From assembly GCA_038087875.1 (NCBI GenBank), contig CM075995.1:10852001-10916000 (forward strand): a stretch of DNA of 64,000 nucleotides, written 5' to 3'. The notes under the pieces were generated by a model. The model saw only the letters and a list, made by a program, of their open reading frames with translations, was not told the DNA's origin and searched no databases. This stretch comes from Malacoraja senta. Lineage: Eukaryota. The translations under genes were made by a program, and so were the position numbers. Positions within the stretch are counted from its first letter, which is position 1. Each line of letters opens with the position of its first letter. This document shows, piece by piece, positions 24,401 to 38,084 of this stretch.

Positions 24401-26089
24401 CTTAATGACCACTGTCCAGAGGCCTTGACATCCACCACCATGAAGTGGTTTGAGAGGCTGTTTATGGAACACATTAAATCCAGCTACCACGCAACGTTGA
24501 CCCACTGCAGTTTGTCTACCACCATAAAAGGTCTGCTGATCCCATCACCCTTGCCCTGCACTCATCTCTGAAACACCTGGATAAGACTTACGTCAGGCTC
24601 CCATTCATTGATTACAGCTCTACTTTCAATACCATTATTCCATCCAACCTCATCTCCCAACTCATGGAACTTGGAGTCAGCACTCATGTCTGCAACTGAA
24701 TCCCTGACTTCCTGACCAACAGACTACAATCAGTGAGGAGAGGTGATGAATCATCCTCTACGATAATCTTCCACAGTGGTGCCCCACAGGGCTGCGTTCA
24801 CAGCCCCCTTCTATACTCTTGATACACTCATGACTCAAATACCAATCCAACTTTGCAGTTGACTCCACTGTAGAGCGCCAGATACTAAATAATCATAAGA
24901 TGAAGTACAGGAAGGAAATTGCAAACCTTGTAAACCTTGACAACTTCTCCCTCAATGTCAGCAGGATAACAGATTGTGATCAACCTCAGGAAGCGAAGCG
25001 CTGCACATGCCCTGGTATACATTGATGGTACCATAGTGGAGATGGTTGATAGCTTCAAGTTCTTAGAAAAAATATCACCAGCAATTTGTCCTGGACCAGC
25101 CACATCGAAGCACCAAGAAAGCATACCAATGCGACTTCCTTAAAAAGCTTAGGAGGTTGAGTGTGTCCCCAATAACCCTGAACACCTTCTACAGATGTGC
25201 CATAGAGAGCATTATCAGAATGCATCACAACATCACCATGAAAGATCACAATAAATTAGAGTTGTGGATGCAGCCCAGTCCATCATGCAAACCAACCTCG
25301 CTCCATTGACTCCATCTATGCTTTATGCTGCCTAGGCAGGGCCACCAGCATAATCAAGGACCAGTCTCACCCTTATCACTCCATCTTCTCCCCTCTCCCA
25401 TTAGGCTAGAGCCACAGAAGTTTGAAAACATACCTCCAGATTCAGTGACAGTTTCTTCCCAGATGTTGTCAGGCAAATTAACCGGCTTCTCACTAACTAG
25501 AACAGTCCTGACCTCGCATCTATATCATTGTAGACCTACAAACCATCTTTACACAGACTTTACTGGATTATATCTTGCACTAAACGTTATACCATTTATC
25601 CTGTATCTGTACACTTTGGACAACTTCATGTAGTTTTTTCACTGAATGGATAGCACACAACGATTTTCACATGTGACAATAAACTAGATTAAACTGCCTG
25701 CTCAATGGGGCAGTTTAAAGCATGAAAGGCAGCAAAGCCCTATGAAAAGGCCATTAGTGTGTTCTGTACTGGGACGTATCAACCATCAAATTCCCTATAT
25801 TCTACACCAGTAGATTGCATTATGAAGTCTCATTATTTGACCATCAAGTTTCCTGGATGCTCTGTTGTCTACCTTCTTGGTCCATGGGTTTTGAAGTTCA
25901 ATACAACTTGTTCACTGGGACACTGAGGAAACTATCAACTGCATTGGTGAGGGAGTGGAGTACATACACAAGCCTCATCAGTAGAAGTCAGAGGGTTGGA
26001 AAATAATACACGGCCAGAAAAAAGCTATCCAGGTTTCTGCTGTTTCAAATAACTTGATTTAAATTACCAATGATGATATTAAATTATCA

Positions 26090-26525
26090 AATTATGATGA
26101 GCGTTTGACAGACTGGGCCTCTACTCGCTGGAGTTTAGAATGATGAGGGCGGACCTCATTGAAACATCAATTAGTGAAACGCTTGGATAGAGTGGATGTG
26201 GAGAGCATGTTTCCATTCGTGGGAGAGTCTCGGACCAGAGGTCACAGCCCCAGAATTAAAGGATGTTCTCTTAGAAAGGAGATGAGGAGGTCTTTCTTTA
26301 GTCAGAGGTGAACCTGTGGAATTCATTGCCACAGAAGGCTGTGTAGGCCAAGTTCATGGATATTTATAAGGTGGAGATAGATTCCTGATTAGTACAGGTG
26401 CCAGGGGTTTTGGGGAGAAGTCAGGAGAATGGTTGAGAAGGAATGAAAGATCAGCCATAATTGAATGGCGGAGTTGACCTGATGGGCCAAATGGCCTCAT
26501 ACTGCTCCTTATGAACTAATGAACC
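26090..26525 (+). mobile_element. CR1 3' fragment
   Basis: ctgggcctctactcgctggagtttag...gatgggccaaatggcctc...ttatgaact tail. Confidence 0.8.
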
Positions 26526-26997
26526 TGCTATAGAACAGTGGCTCTTCAGCTGATTCGCACAGTCCCAGCGTCACTGGTGTAGTAAAATAACAGAATTTCA
26601 AAACCATTTGCTGAAATCCATATCGTATGCATGCCTTTCCTTTGCTTTTGCCAGCCCCAGCCACATTTTATGAGCAAATACTGAATACAGCATGATGTCT
26701 GGCCGTTTATATGTACTTAAAGAGAAACAACTCCAGCCATGGCCCACCTCTATGTCGTCCTCTAATCCAGAATACAGTTGACATCAGTTCAACCGCTTTG
26801 TGCTGCTTTGTTCTGATCTAGTCGTTGTTGATTATTATCAGTGGTTCTCTCCCCAAATTCATTTTTGTATATGATGAAAAAGGTTATATTTTAGTTTTCT
26901 TTGCTACCGGTTGGAAAGGAAAGGGATAGTATTGTGTGGAATAAAGCAGAAAACATTAAAATGTATAAACAAATCGACAATCATGGAAACAATTTTA

Positions 26998-27347
26998 ATA
27001 ATAATAATAATAATGGATTGGATTTAGATAGCGCCTTTCTAATACTCAAGGCGCTTTACATCGCATTATTCATTCACTCCTCAGTCACACTCGGTGGTGG
27101 TGAGCTACTTCTGTAGCCACAGCTGCCCCGGGGCAGACTGACGGAAGCGTGGCTGCTAATCTGCGCCTACGGCCCCTCCGACCACCACCAATCACTCACA
27201 CACATTCACACACATTCACACGCAGGCAAAGGTGGGTGAAGTGTCTTGCCCAAGGACACAACGACAGTATGCACTCCAAGCGGGAGTCGAACCGGCTACC
27301 TTCCGGTTGCCAGCCGAACACTTAGCCCATTGCGCCATCTGTCGTCC
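26998..27347 (-). mobile_element. tRNA-derived SINE with L2-like tail
   Basis: A box TGGCGCAATGG, B box GGTTCGACTCC, core gtgtccttgggcaagacactt, tail taaagcgccttgagt...aaaggcgctat...(TTA)n. Confidence 0.85.
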
Positions 27348-27840
27348 GAACTTACATACATCACCAGTCACATATTCAAGAAAATTAAGACATCAGACCA
27401 CTCAAATGCAAATTATGTTCAGCTTTTTAAGATAATAACTCTGGGCCTAAGACAAATTGCCCCAACTTCAAGATACTTTACATGGAACTGGCACAGGATG
27501 TATACAAGAACCCATTCTTCCCACATCCTATTAAATTCTACTATTCACGACACCAGGGGAATTTAACCCCAAAATATCTGACCAATCCTCAAGTGCTTCA
27601 GTATAGGGAGGAAATTGGAGCATCTCATGGTTAGGACTACACCAGTCACTGGAGCTGTGAGATAGCTATTCTGTTCCCTGCAACACCATGCTGCCTATTT
27701 TCAGCTATAGTGCGCTATAAACAACTGCTACTCAATGGGGGGGAGACAACGCTAAATTAGGTGAGTAAACTAGATTTTTATTTCATGATTTTAAGTTCTA
27801 TTCATTATTACCTATTTCAATGGAAAGCTTAGACAAAATA

Positions 27841-27872
27841 TCTCTATAATTATAAAACTCTGATCTGTGTGT

Positions 27873-27926
<54 letters not shown>

Positions 27927-27927
27927 T

Positions 27928-28010
<83 letters not shown>

Positions 28011-28824
28011 GACATCTCACAAAAACAAAGCGCTAACAGTAAACTTTTAACATATTCTGGTAGAGATTTATCCTGTGGACTCCGAAATCGTCCTATCTGA
28101 AAAATTCATGCATTATTTCTTGTTATTAATCAAAATGTTCGCAAATCTGAACTTTGAAAAAAAAGTCTGGCTCTGGCTAATGATGTCACAATGGATCTGC
28201 TTGTCTACCCCCCCCACCCCTCCCTCCCCCCCCCGTTATTCAAAAGGTGGGCCGTCGACTGAAGACCAAAGATCATAGCTGAAGACTGCGGCGGCCTGTG
28301 TTCCACGCGCTGCGAGTGAAGAATGAGCAAGTCGGGCCCTCTCGGGCCCGTCTCTGGTCGGGTCCGTCTCAAGACGGAACCATCTCGGGTCGGGTCCCTC
28401 TCCCCCCTTCCTCTTCCCCCCCTCCTCTACCCCCCTTCCCCTCCCCTTCCCCCACCCCCCCTCTTTCTCCCCCTACTCTCCCTCGACCTCTCATCTATCT
28501 CCCCCCCTCTCTTCCCCATCCCTCTTCCCCCCTCTCTCCCCACCAACTCCCTCCTCTCCCCCTCCTCCTCTCCCCCCTCCCTTCCCGCCCCTCTACCCCT
28601 CTCTCTATGCATGAGTGGATAGGGTGGGGATGGGGTAAAAGGAGCCAATGAATAATATTAATATAATATCAAGGGGGGTGGTTAGTGTGTGTTTGTGGGG
28701 GTGGTTAGTGTGCGTGTGTGTGTGGGGGGGGGGGTGGTTATGTGTGTGTGACGCCGCAGGCTGGCCCTCCCTCCCGCAACCGCGCGTTGAGGGGACGGGA
28801 CCCAACGGGTCCCACTTGGTCCGG
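27841..28824 (+). mobile_element. Helitron-like non-autonomous element
   Basis: A|TC start; 3' hairpin GGGACCC-aac-GGGTCCC (28797-28813) followed by acttggtCCGG|T (CTAG variant); internal (TG)n and C/T-rich tract. Confidence 0.55.
27866..28005. repeat. (TG)n microsatellite
   Basis: Seen directly. Confidence 0.97.
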
Positions 28825-30139
28825 TAAACAATAAAAAAAGAAACAATAAATCTAAAAAAGATTACTCTGCGTTTAATTCACACATTTAACACGTGACCAA
28901 ATTGACGCTGCTACTCACGTTCTGTTGCAAAAACGGGGCAGCGGAAAACCATCTTGTCGGATGATAAATTATAAAAATCATAAGCATAATCAGAATTTGG
29001 CTTATATAGAGTTATTAAATGCAAAATTAATGTAATATTTCTGGAATAAATTAGCCTGAGGATTTGATGAAATCCTGATTGAAAAATGTTACCATAAAAT
29101 GCAAGAAAACACAAGGACATATCTGATATTTTTCTTTGTAAAAGATTTATTTATCTTTGCTTCATCTCATTATTTTGGCTATACACCATGATCTATACTA
29201 CTTCAAATACAGGATATGAGACAATGGGAATATTACATAAAAAACAGGAAAATAACCTGGAAGTTTGGAGACCTTCAGTTTCACTACTGAGTGCAGTATT
29301 TACAGAAACACCCAAATGTGAGATGTCTCCTGAAGGTCAAGTTCAAACACAATTAGACCACATTACAGGGTACATAACACACTGCGATATTAGTCGTGGT
29401 TTCATCCACTCATTAAACTTTCTTCGAAATGTTCGATTTTGTGTCAGTGGTCAGTCAATATATAGAGAGAAAATATTTCCACTTAATGGAATGCACTTTC
29501 CTTTAGAAGATATCACCATTCTTTAAAGATAGTTTAGCGCTCTTTCTTTAATAATTCAGGTATCAACAATCCAGAGAAAGCATCCCAGATAATGTTTTCT
29601 TTAAAAGAAAAATACTGCTAACTATCCTGTTCTGTGCATCATTCTCAAGAAGTTCCCAATATTAATTTCTTCCGACTCACCACAAACAGTGGAAGCAATA
29701 AACACGTGGAGCTATGCCAGGTGGACTGACTCTGCATTCAGTCTAAACAGACAGCAGCTCCCTCTCCAACAGTACACCAGCATAAACCAATGTGTCAATG
29801 GGATTGGCCAAGTCTGCAAACTGCCTTTCCTGTCCTTACATTTCTAGGGTGGAATGGTCAGGTTACAGATATATGGCCAGAACATTGGCTCAGACAAGTT
29901 GGTTAGATGTGCTGGTTAGTAAACTTGCAGGTGACACCAATATTGCTGAGGATGAGGACTGAGAAAGACTGTCAGAGTATGCGGTTGGATATACTATTGA
30001 AATGAGCGGTGAAGCAGCAGGTGGAGTTTAATGTTAGCAAGTCAAGAGACAAGAGTGTTTTATTGTTCTATGTCCCGGATAGAACAATGAAATTCTTACT
30101 TGCTGCAGCACAACAGAATATGTCATCATAATAAATAAT

Positions 30140-31322
30140 ATAACAATAGACAATAGGTGCAGGAGTAGGCCATTCGGCCCTTCGAGCCAGCACCGCTCAA
30201 TGTGGTCATGGCTGATCATTCACAATCAGTACCCCGTTCCTGCCTTCTCCCCATATCCCCTGACTCCGTTATCTTTAAGAGCCCTATCTAGCTCTCTCTT
30301 GAAAGTATCCAGTGAATCAGCCTCAACCACCCTCTGAGGCAGAGAATTCCACAGACTCACAACTCTCTGTGGGAAAAAGTGTTTCCTCATCTCCGTTCTA
30401 AATGGCTTACCCCTTATTCTTAAACTGTGGCCCTTGGTTCTGGACTCCACCAACATCAGGAACATGTTGCCTGCCTCTAGCGTGTCCAAACCTTTAATAA
30501 TCTTATATGATTCAATAAGATCTTCTCTCATCCTTCAAAATTCCAGAGTATACAAGCCCAGCCGCTGCATTCTCTCAGCATATGACAGTCCCGCCATCCC
30601 GGGAATTAACATTGTAAACCTATGCTGCACTCCCTCAAAAGCAAGAATGTCCTTCCTCAAAATTGGAGACCAAAACTGCACACAATACTCCAGGTGTGGT
30701 CTCACTAGGGCCCTGTACAACTGCAGAAGGAGATCTTTGCTCCTAAACTCAACTCCTCTTGTTATGAAGGCCATGTATCTTCACTGCCTGCTGTACCTGC
30801 ATCCTTACTTTAATTGACTGATGAACAAGGACACCCAGATCCCCTTTTCCCAACTTGACACCATTTAAATAATAATCTTCCTTCCTGTTTTTGATACCAA
30901 AGTGGATAACCTCACATTCATCCACATTAAACTGCATCTGCCATGCATCTACCCACTCACGCAACCTGTCGAAGTCATCCTACATTCTCATAGCATCCTC
31001 CTCACAGTTCACACTGCCATCCAGCTTTGTGTCATCTGCAAATTTGCTAATGTTAATTGTAATCCCTTTATCTAAATTATTAATATATATTGTAAATAGC
31101 TGCGGTCCCAGCACCGAGCCTTGTGGTACCCTACTGTTCACTGCCTGTCATTCTAAAAGAGACCCGTTAATCCCTACTCTTTGTTTCCCATCTGCCAACT
31201 AATTTTCTATCCATGTCAGCACTCTACCCCCAATACCATGTGCCCTAATTTTGCCCACTAATCTCCCAGGTGGGACCTTCTCAAATGCTTTCTGAAAGTC
31301 CAGGTACACATCCACTGGCTCT
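30140..31322 (-). mobile_element. 5'-truncated CR1
   Basis: WQMQFNVDECEVIHFG, RPHLEYCVQFWSP and CR1 3' UTR. Confidence 0.9.
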
Positions 31323-31766
31323 ACCTAATGGAAAAATAAAGTTCATTGAATCATTGAATGAAAAGGCACACTCAAGTCTGACAGCATGAATGTTGGCCTT
31401 CTGCTCAATGCATGCATTGAATGCATTAATTTCATCAAGTAGGCCGGCACAATCAACAGTGATGCTGCCTGACTTCAATTTGCAGCCAGTGATAATGTTC
31501 AAGCCTTGTCACAGTCTACAGGGTGTCTGAATGGTTATGTTAGGATTCACATTTGTCCCGGTATTGTCTCTTAGCATCCCTGATGGCCATGCAAAGATCG
31601 TCGTGAGCTTTCATCTACTGCTCATCATTTGACCTGAACACAGGCTTTCCCCTGGGAAAGTACATCATCTATTGTTTCTGGCTGGGGAACACTTGGATAG
31701 CGATCTTTGGCATGCACTCCTGTGCACACTTGTTGATTAAGTTAGTTACAATGGTGGGCTGAATGA

Positions 31767-32205
31767 CATAGAAACATAGAAAATAGGTGCAGGAGTAGGC
31801 CATTCAACATGATCATGGCTGATCATCTAACTCAGTATCCTGTACCTGCTTTCTCTCCATACCCCCTGATCCCTTTAGCCACAAGGGCCACATCTAACTC
31901 CCTCTTAAATATAGCCAATGAACTGGCCTCAACTACATTCTGTGGCAGAGAATTCCAGAGATTCACCACTGTCTGTGTGAAAAAAAAATTCTCATCTCAA
32001 TCCTAAAGGATTTCCCCTTTATCCTTAAACTGTGACCCCTTGTTCTGGATTTCCCCAACATCGGGAACAATCTTCCTGCATCTAGCCTGTCCAACCCCTT
32101 AAGAATTTTGTAAGTTTCTATAAGATCCCCCCTCAATCTTTTAAATTCCAGCGAGTACAATCCTCATATGAAAGTCCTGACATCCCAGGAATCAGTCTGG
32201 TGACT
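31767..32205 (-). mobile_element. CR1 3' fragment
   Basis: (TTTCTATG)n tail; YSLEFKRLRGDLIETYKI. Confidence 0.9.
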
Positions 32206-32412
32206 TGGTTTTGTGCTGCACTGTTCAATTTTCTATATTCCATGGGCCTGATTACAAAGCCACACGCTTCTCCAAGTTACCATAGAAGTCAATGGGTGCT
32301 CATTTTGAACTGAGAACCTTTATAGACCCAAAAGGGCTCATAGCAGAAGTAGTGTTGCTCGGAGAAGCGGGCAATCTGTGAAAAATGTAGCAATGTTTAT
32401 GCAATGTAGTAT

Positions 32413-32500
32413 TCATAGAGACACATTCAGTCCAGGTCTGGTTCCCTGCAACAACTTCAGCTGATTTTCTCCATTTGAAGTAAATTGATTTCGTCCCAGC
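32413..32500 (-). CDS. NLR terminal exon
   Basis: ttttcag|G-LGRNQFTSNGENQLKLLQGTRPGLNVSL*. Confidence 0.85.
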
Positions 32501-32627
32501 CTGAAAACGATTGAGAAATGATGTAGAAATAAACAGGCTTCACAACAGTGTCAATAACAGGGAGTGAATTAATATTTCAACAATATTTAAAGTAGATTTT
32601 TTGATATTTAATAATACAAATACTCAC

Positions 32628-32795
32628 CAGATCCACTCCAGACTCGGATGGGTGAGTATCAGACGGCGAAGAGCGGGGACAGATCGGTCTGTCAAGGAGT
32701 TTGCTCCCAGGTCTAGACCTTTCAGTGAGTGGATTGTACTGAGTGTGGAGAGGAGATCCTCAATGCAATAATCTGTGAGACCAGCAGCCCAAATA
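32628..32795 (-). CDS. NLR LRR exon (168 nt)
   Basis: IWAAGLTDYCIEDLLSTLSTIHSLKGLDLGANSLTDRSVPALRRLILTHPSLEWI; cacag| acceptor and |gtgagt donor. Confidence 0.9.
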
Positions 32796-33269
32796 CTGTG
32801 AAAGAGAGAAGCATAGCAGGAAACAGGGAATCCCTGAGGTTGTTCAGTATAGTGACACTAATAATAATAATAGATTTTATTTATATAGCGCTTTTCAGGA
32901 CTCAAAGTCGCTTTACAATTGAGAGTCAGGAATAAACAAAACAAAATAGAGCAGTAAGACAGAGGAGAGGGGAACATGGGACTAAGTCCACTAAGCGACT
33001 TTGAGTCCTGAAAAGCGCTATATAAATAAAATGTATTATTATTATTATTACTGATGGGCAGAGCTCCTGTTCATCATATCATCGGTCACTCGTCATGCAT
33101 TGGTGCTGTTCTTTCCAGCTTGGTCCTAGACATGGTTTTTCACCAGCAGACGCCTCCGAATTATTAAACACTAAAGGCGTCTGAGCCTCAGTGTCCGCTT
33201 CCACTGCCAAAAGGGTTCTGGCGGTTAGTGAGGTGCCACCTGTGTCAAAACTGTCACTGAAATTAGATG

Positions 33270-34677
33270 CTTGACACAAAATGCTGGAGTAACTCAGTGG
33301 AACAGGCAGCATCCCTGGAGAGAAGGAATGGGTGACATTTCGGGTCGAGACCCTTCTTATAACCATATAATATAACAATTACAGCACGGAAACAGGCCAT
33401 CTCGACCCTTCTAGTCCGCGCCGAACACGTATTCTCCCCTAGTCCCATATACCTGCGCTCAGACCATAACCCTCCATTCCTTTCCCGTCCATATAACTAT
33501 CCAATTTATTTTTAAATGATAAAAACGAACCTGCCTCCACCACCTTCACTGGAAGCTCATTCCACACAGCCACCACTCTCTGAGTAAAGAAGTTCCCCCT
33601 CGTGTTACCCCTAAACTTCTGTCCCTTAATTCTCAAGTCATGTCCCCTGTTTGAATCTTCCCTACTCTCAGTGGGAAAAGCTTATCCACGTCAACTCTGT
33701 CTATCCCTCTCATCATTTTAAAGACCTCTATCAAGTCCCCCCTTAACCTTCTGCGCTCCAAAGAATAAAGCCCTAACTTGTTCAACCTTTCTCTGTAACT
33801 TAGTTGCTGAAACCCAGGCAACATTCTAGTAAATCTCCTCTGTACTCTCTCTATTTTGTTGACATCCTTCCTATAATTAGGTGACCAAAATTGTACACCA
33901 TACTCCAGAATTGGCCTCACATATGCCTTGTACAATTTTAACATTACATCCCAACTTCTATACTCAATGCTCTGATTTATCAAAGCCAGCACACCAAAAG
34001 CTTTCTTTACCACCCTATCTACATGAGATTCCACTTTCAGGGAACTGTGCACAGTTATTTCAAGATCCCTCTGTTCACCTGCATTCTTCAATTCCCTACC
34101 ATTTACCATGTACGTCCTATTTTGATTTGTCCTGCCAAGATGTAGCACCTCACACTTATCAGCATTAAACTCCGTCTGCCATCTTTCAGCCCACTCTTCC
34201 AACCGGCATAAATCTCTCTGTAGACTTTGAAAATCTACTTCATTATCCACAGCCCCACATATCTTAGTATCATCTGCATACTTACTAATCCAATTTACCA
34301 CACCATCATCCAGATCATTGATGTACATGACAAACAACAGTGGACCCAACACAGATCCCTGTGGCACCCCACTAGTCACTGGCCTCCAACCTGACAAACA
34401 ACCATCCACCATTACTCTCTGGCATCTCCCATTCAGCCACTGTTGAATCCATCTTGCTACTCCACCATTAATACCCAACCATTGAACCTTCTTAACCAAG
34501 AAGGTTCTTCAGACCCTTCTTTGTCCGACGTAGGGTCTCGACCCAAAAGAGTCTGAAGAAGGGTCTCGACCCGAATCATGACCCATTCCTTCTCTCTAGT
34601 GATGCTGCCTGTCCCGCTGAGTTACTCCAGCATTTTGTGTCTATCTTCAATTTAAACCAGCATCTGCAGTTCTTCCT
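33270..34677. mobile_element. Head-to-head Penelope pLTR-like pair with a nested CR1
   Basis: Inverted gatgctgcctg...gctgagttactccagcattttgtgtc arms; 14-bp direct repeat actgaaattagatg at 33256-33269 and 34678-34691. Confidence 0.75.
33359..34500 (-). mobile_element. Young 5'-truncated CR1 (TTATATGG tail)
   Basis: 288-aa open RT C-terminus with [11 protein letters not shown] and YADD. Confidence 0.93.
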
Positions 34678-34882
34678 ACTGAAATTAGATGGTTGTGAAC
34701 CTTTGCTGACCCTGCATTGAACGCACTAGGACTGCTGAACTTGTGCTGGGTTTAAGCTGCGGCAAGCTCAAGGTAGTGAACCTCTACGAGGACTTTGCAA
34801 AGTTGCACACATCAGCTGACAGCACATGCTCTAGAGCAGAAAGTGCTGCTGCTGATGTCAGCCAGTTGCTGATTTATTTAAA

Positions 34883-37790
34883 GGATTGGACTGGCTAGAT
34901 GCAGGAAAAATGTTCCTGATGTTGGGGGAGTCTGGAACCAGGGGTCACACTTTAAGAATAAGGGATAGGCCATTTAGGACTGAGATGAGGAAAAACTTTT
35001 TCACCCAGAGAGTTGTAAATCTGTGCAATTCTCGGCCACAGAAGGCTGTGGAGGCAAATTCACTGGATGTTTTCAGGAGAGAGTTCAATTTGGCTCCTAA
35101 GGCTAAAGGAATCACGGGATACGGGAAAAAAGCAGGAATGGGATACTATAACCATATAACAATAACCATATAACAATTACAGCATGGAAACAGGCCATCT
35201 TGGCCCTTCTAGTCCGTGCCGAACACTTATTCTCCCCCATGTCCCATCTACCTGCACTCAGACCATAACCCTCCATTCATTTCATAGAAACGTAGAAAAT
35301 AGGTGCAGGAGTAGGCCATTCGGCCCTTCGAGCCTGCACCGCCATTCAATATGATCATGGCTGATCATCCAACTCAGTATCCTGTACCTGCTTTCTCTCC
35401 ATACCCCCTGATCCCTTTAGCCACAAGGGCCACATCTAACTCCCTCTTAAATATAACGAATGAACTGGCCTCAACTTTCCCATCCATATACCTATCCAAT
35501 TAATTTTAAAATAATCAAATCATACCTGCCTCCACCACTTCCACTGGAAGCTCATTCCACACAGCTACCACTCTCTGAGTAAAGAAGTTCCCCCTCATGT
35601 TACCCCTAAACTTCTGTCCCTTAATTCTCAAATCATGTCCTCTTGTTTGAATCTTCCCTACTCTCAATGGAAAAAGCTTATCCACGTCAACTCTGTCTAT
35701 CCCTCTCATCATTTTAAAGACCTCTATCAAGTCCCCCCTTAACCTTCTGCGCTGCAAAGAATAAAGACCTAACTTGTTCAACCATTCTCTGTAACTTAGT
35801 TGCTGAAACCCAGGCAACATTCTAGTAAATCCTCGCTGTTCTCTCTCTATTTCATTGACATCTTTCCTATAATTTGGCGACAAAAATTGTACACCATACT
35901 CCAGAATTGGCCTCACCAATGCCTGTACAATTTTAACATTACATCCCAACTTCTATACTCAATGCTCTGATTTATAAAGGCCAGCACACCAAAAGCTTTC
36001 TTTACCACCCTATCTACATGAGATTCTACCTTCAGGGAACTATGCAGTTATTCCTAGATCCCTCTGTTCAACTGCATTCCTCAATTCGCTACCATTTACC
36101 ATGTACGTCCTATTTTGATTTGTCCTGCCAAGATGTAGCACCTCACACTTATCAGCATTAAACTCCATTTGCCATCTTTCAGCCCACTCTTCCAAATGGC
36201 CTAAATCTGTCTGTAGACTTTGAAAATCTACTTCATTACCCACAACACCACCTATCTTAGTATCATCTGCATACTTACTAATCCAATTTACCACACCATC
36301 ATCCAGATCATTGATGTATATGACAAACAACAGTGGACCCAACACAGATCCCTGAGGCACCCCACTATTCACCGGCCTCCAACCTGACAAACAACCATCC
36401 ACCATTACTCTCTGGTATCTCCCATTCAGCCACTGTTGTATCCATCTTGCTACTCCACCATTAATACCCAACAATTGAACCTTCTTAACTAACCTTCCAT
36501 GTGGAACCTTGTCAAAAGCCTTACTGAAGTCCATTTAGACAACATCCACCGCTTTACCCTCATCAATTTCCCTAGTAACCTCTTTTCAAGAAGATTAGTC
36601 AAACATGACCTTCCAGGCACAAATCCATGTTGACTGTTCCTAATCAGACCCTGTTTATCCAGATGCTTATATATATTATCTCTAAGTATCCTTTCCATTA
36701 ATTTGCCCACCACTGACGTCAAATTAACAGGTCTATAATTGCTAGGTTTACTCTTAGAACCCTTTTTAAACAATGGAACAACATGCGCAGTACACCAATC
36801 CTCCGGCACCATTCCCGTTTCTAATGACATTTGAAATATTTCTGTCATAGCCCCTGCTATTTCTACACTAACTTCCCTCAATGTCCTAGGGAATATCCTG
36901 TCAGGACCTGGAGACTTATCCACTTTTATATTTTTCAAAAGTTTCCGTACTTCCTCTTCTTTGAATCTCATAGTTTCCATAGCTACTCTATTTGTTTCCC
37001 TTACCTCACATAATTCAATATCCTTCTCCTTGGTGAATACCGAAGAAAATAAATTGTTCAATATCTCCCCCAATTCATTTGGCTCTGCAGATAGCTGTCC
37101 ACTCTGACTCTAATGGACCAATTTTATCCCTCGTTATCCTTTTGCTATTAATATAGCTGTCGAAACCCTTTGGATTTACTTTCACCTTACTTGCCAAAGC
37201 AACCTCATATCTTTTAGCTTTTCTAATTTCTTTCTTAAGATTCTTTTTACATTCTTTATACTCCTCAAGCACCTCATTTACTCCATGCTGCCTATAATTA
37301 TTGTAGATCTCTCTCTTTTTCCGAACCGTCCAATTTCCCTTGAAAACCATGGCTCTTTCCAATTATTTCTACCTCCTTTCAACCGAACAGGGACATAAAG
37401 ATTCTGTACTCTTAAAATTTCACCTTTAAATGTCCTCCATTTCTCTTCTACATCCTTCCCATAAAACGAAATGCCCCAATTCACTCCTTTTAAATCCATT
37501 CTCATTTCCTCAAAGTTAGCCTTTCTCCAATCAAAAATCTCAACCCTTGGTCCAGTTCTGACCCTCTCCATAATTATATTGAAACTAATGGTATTGTGAT
37601 CACTGGACCCGAAGTGCTCCTCAACACATACCTCCGTCACCTGACGTGCCTCATTTCCTAACAGAAGGTCCAGCACTGTCCCTTCTATACTGATGTTAGA
37701 TGATCAGCCATGATCATATTGAATGGCGGTGCTGGCTCGAAGGGCCGAATGACCAACTCCTCTACCTATTTTTCTATGTTTTCTATGTCT
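34883..37790. mobile_element. CR1 nest: plus-strand 3' fragment (34883-35146 and 37688-37790) split by a minus-strand CR1 (35147-37687) that carries another CR1 tail (about 35283-35476)
   Basis: RT motifs on the minus strand (NYRPVNLTS, DFSKAFDKVPH, YADD); two tail types; host resumes ttagatgatcagccatg. Confidence 0.85.
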
Positions 37791-37913
37791 ACGACTTTGG
37801 CAATTGTGCGAAGAAACGCAGCCAGTGCAACAATCGCTGGTGTCCCGATGGAAGGACTGCTGCAGAATTTAGTGTCAATGACTGCATATTCTTTGTCACT
37901 TTCCGGGACTTAC

Positions 37914-38084
37914 CGCAGTCTTTGCATTTTACACTCGGTGGTCCTCAGAGCTGCAGACAACAGCTTCACTCCGGAATCTGCCACCTCCTTATCACCCAGC
38001 TCTAGTCCCGTCAGCGAGCGGTTTGTCCTGAGAGCAGAGGAGAGATCTTCTGCACAAGAAGCTGTGAGACCAACATCCCATAGC
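37914..38084 (-). CDS. NLR LRR exon (171 nt)
   Basis: LWDVGLTASCAEDLSSALRTNRSLTGLELGDKEVADSGVKLLSAALRTTECKMQRL; tag| acceptor and |gtaagt donor. Confidence 0.92.

Larger units (their letters stand above)
21940..25695 (+). mobile_element. Degenerate Rex/Babar-like LINE split by insertions at about 22420-24400
   Basis: [36 protein letters not shown] and GAPQGCVHSP motifs; 3' end gtgacaataaactagattaaact. Confidence 0.7.

Noticed and set aside
28830..29830. AT-rich unique region with a 112-aa ORF (29188-29526)
   Set aside because: No recognisable domain or splice structure.
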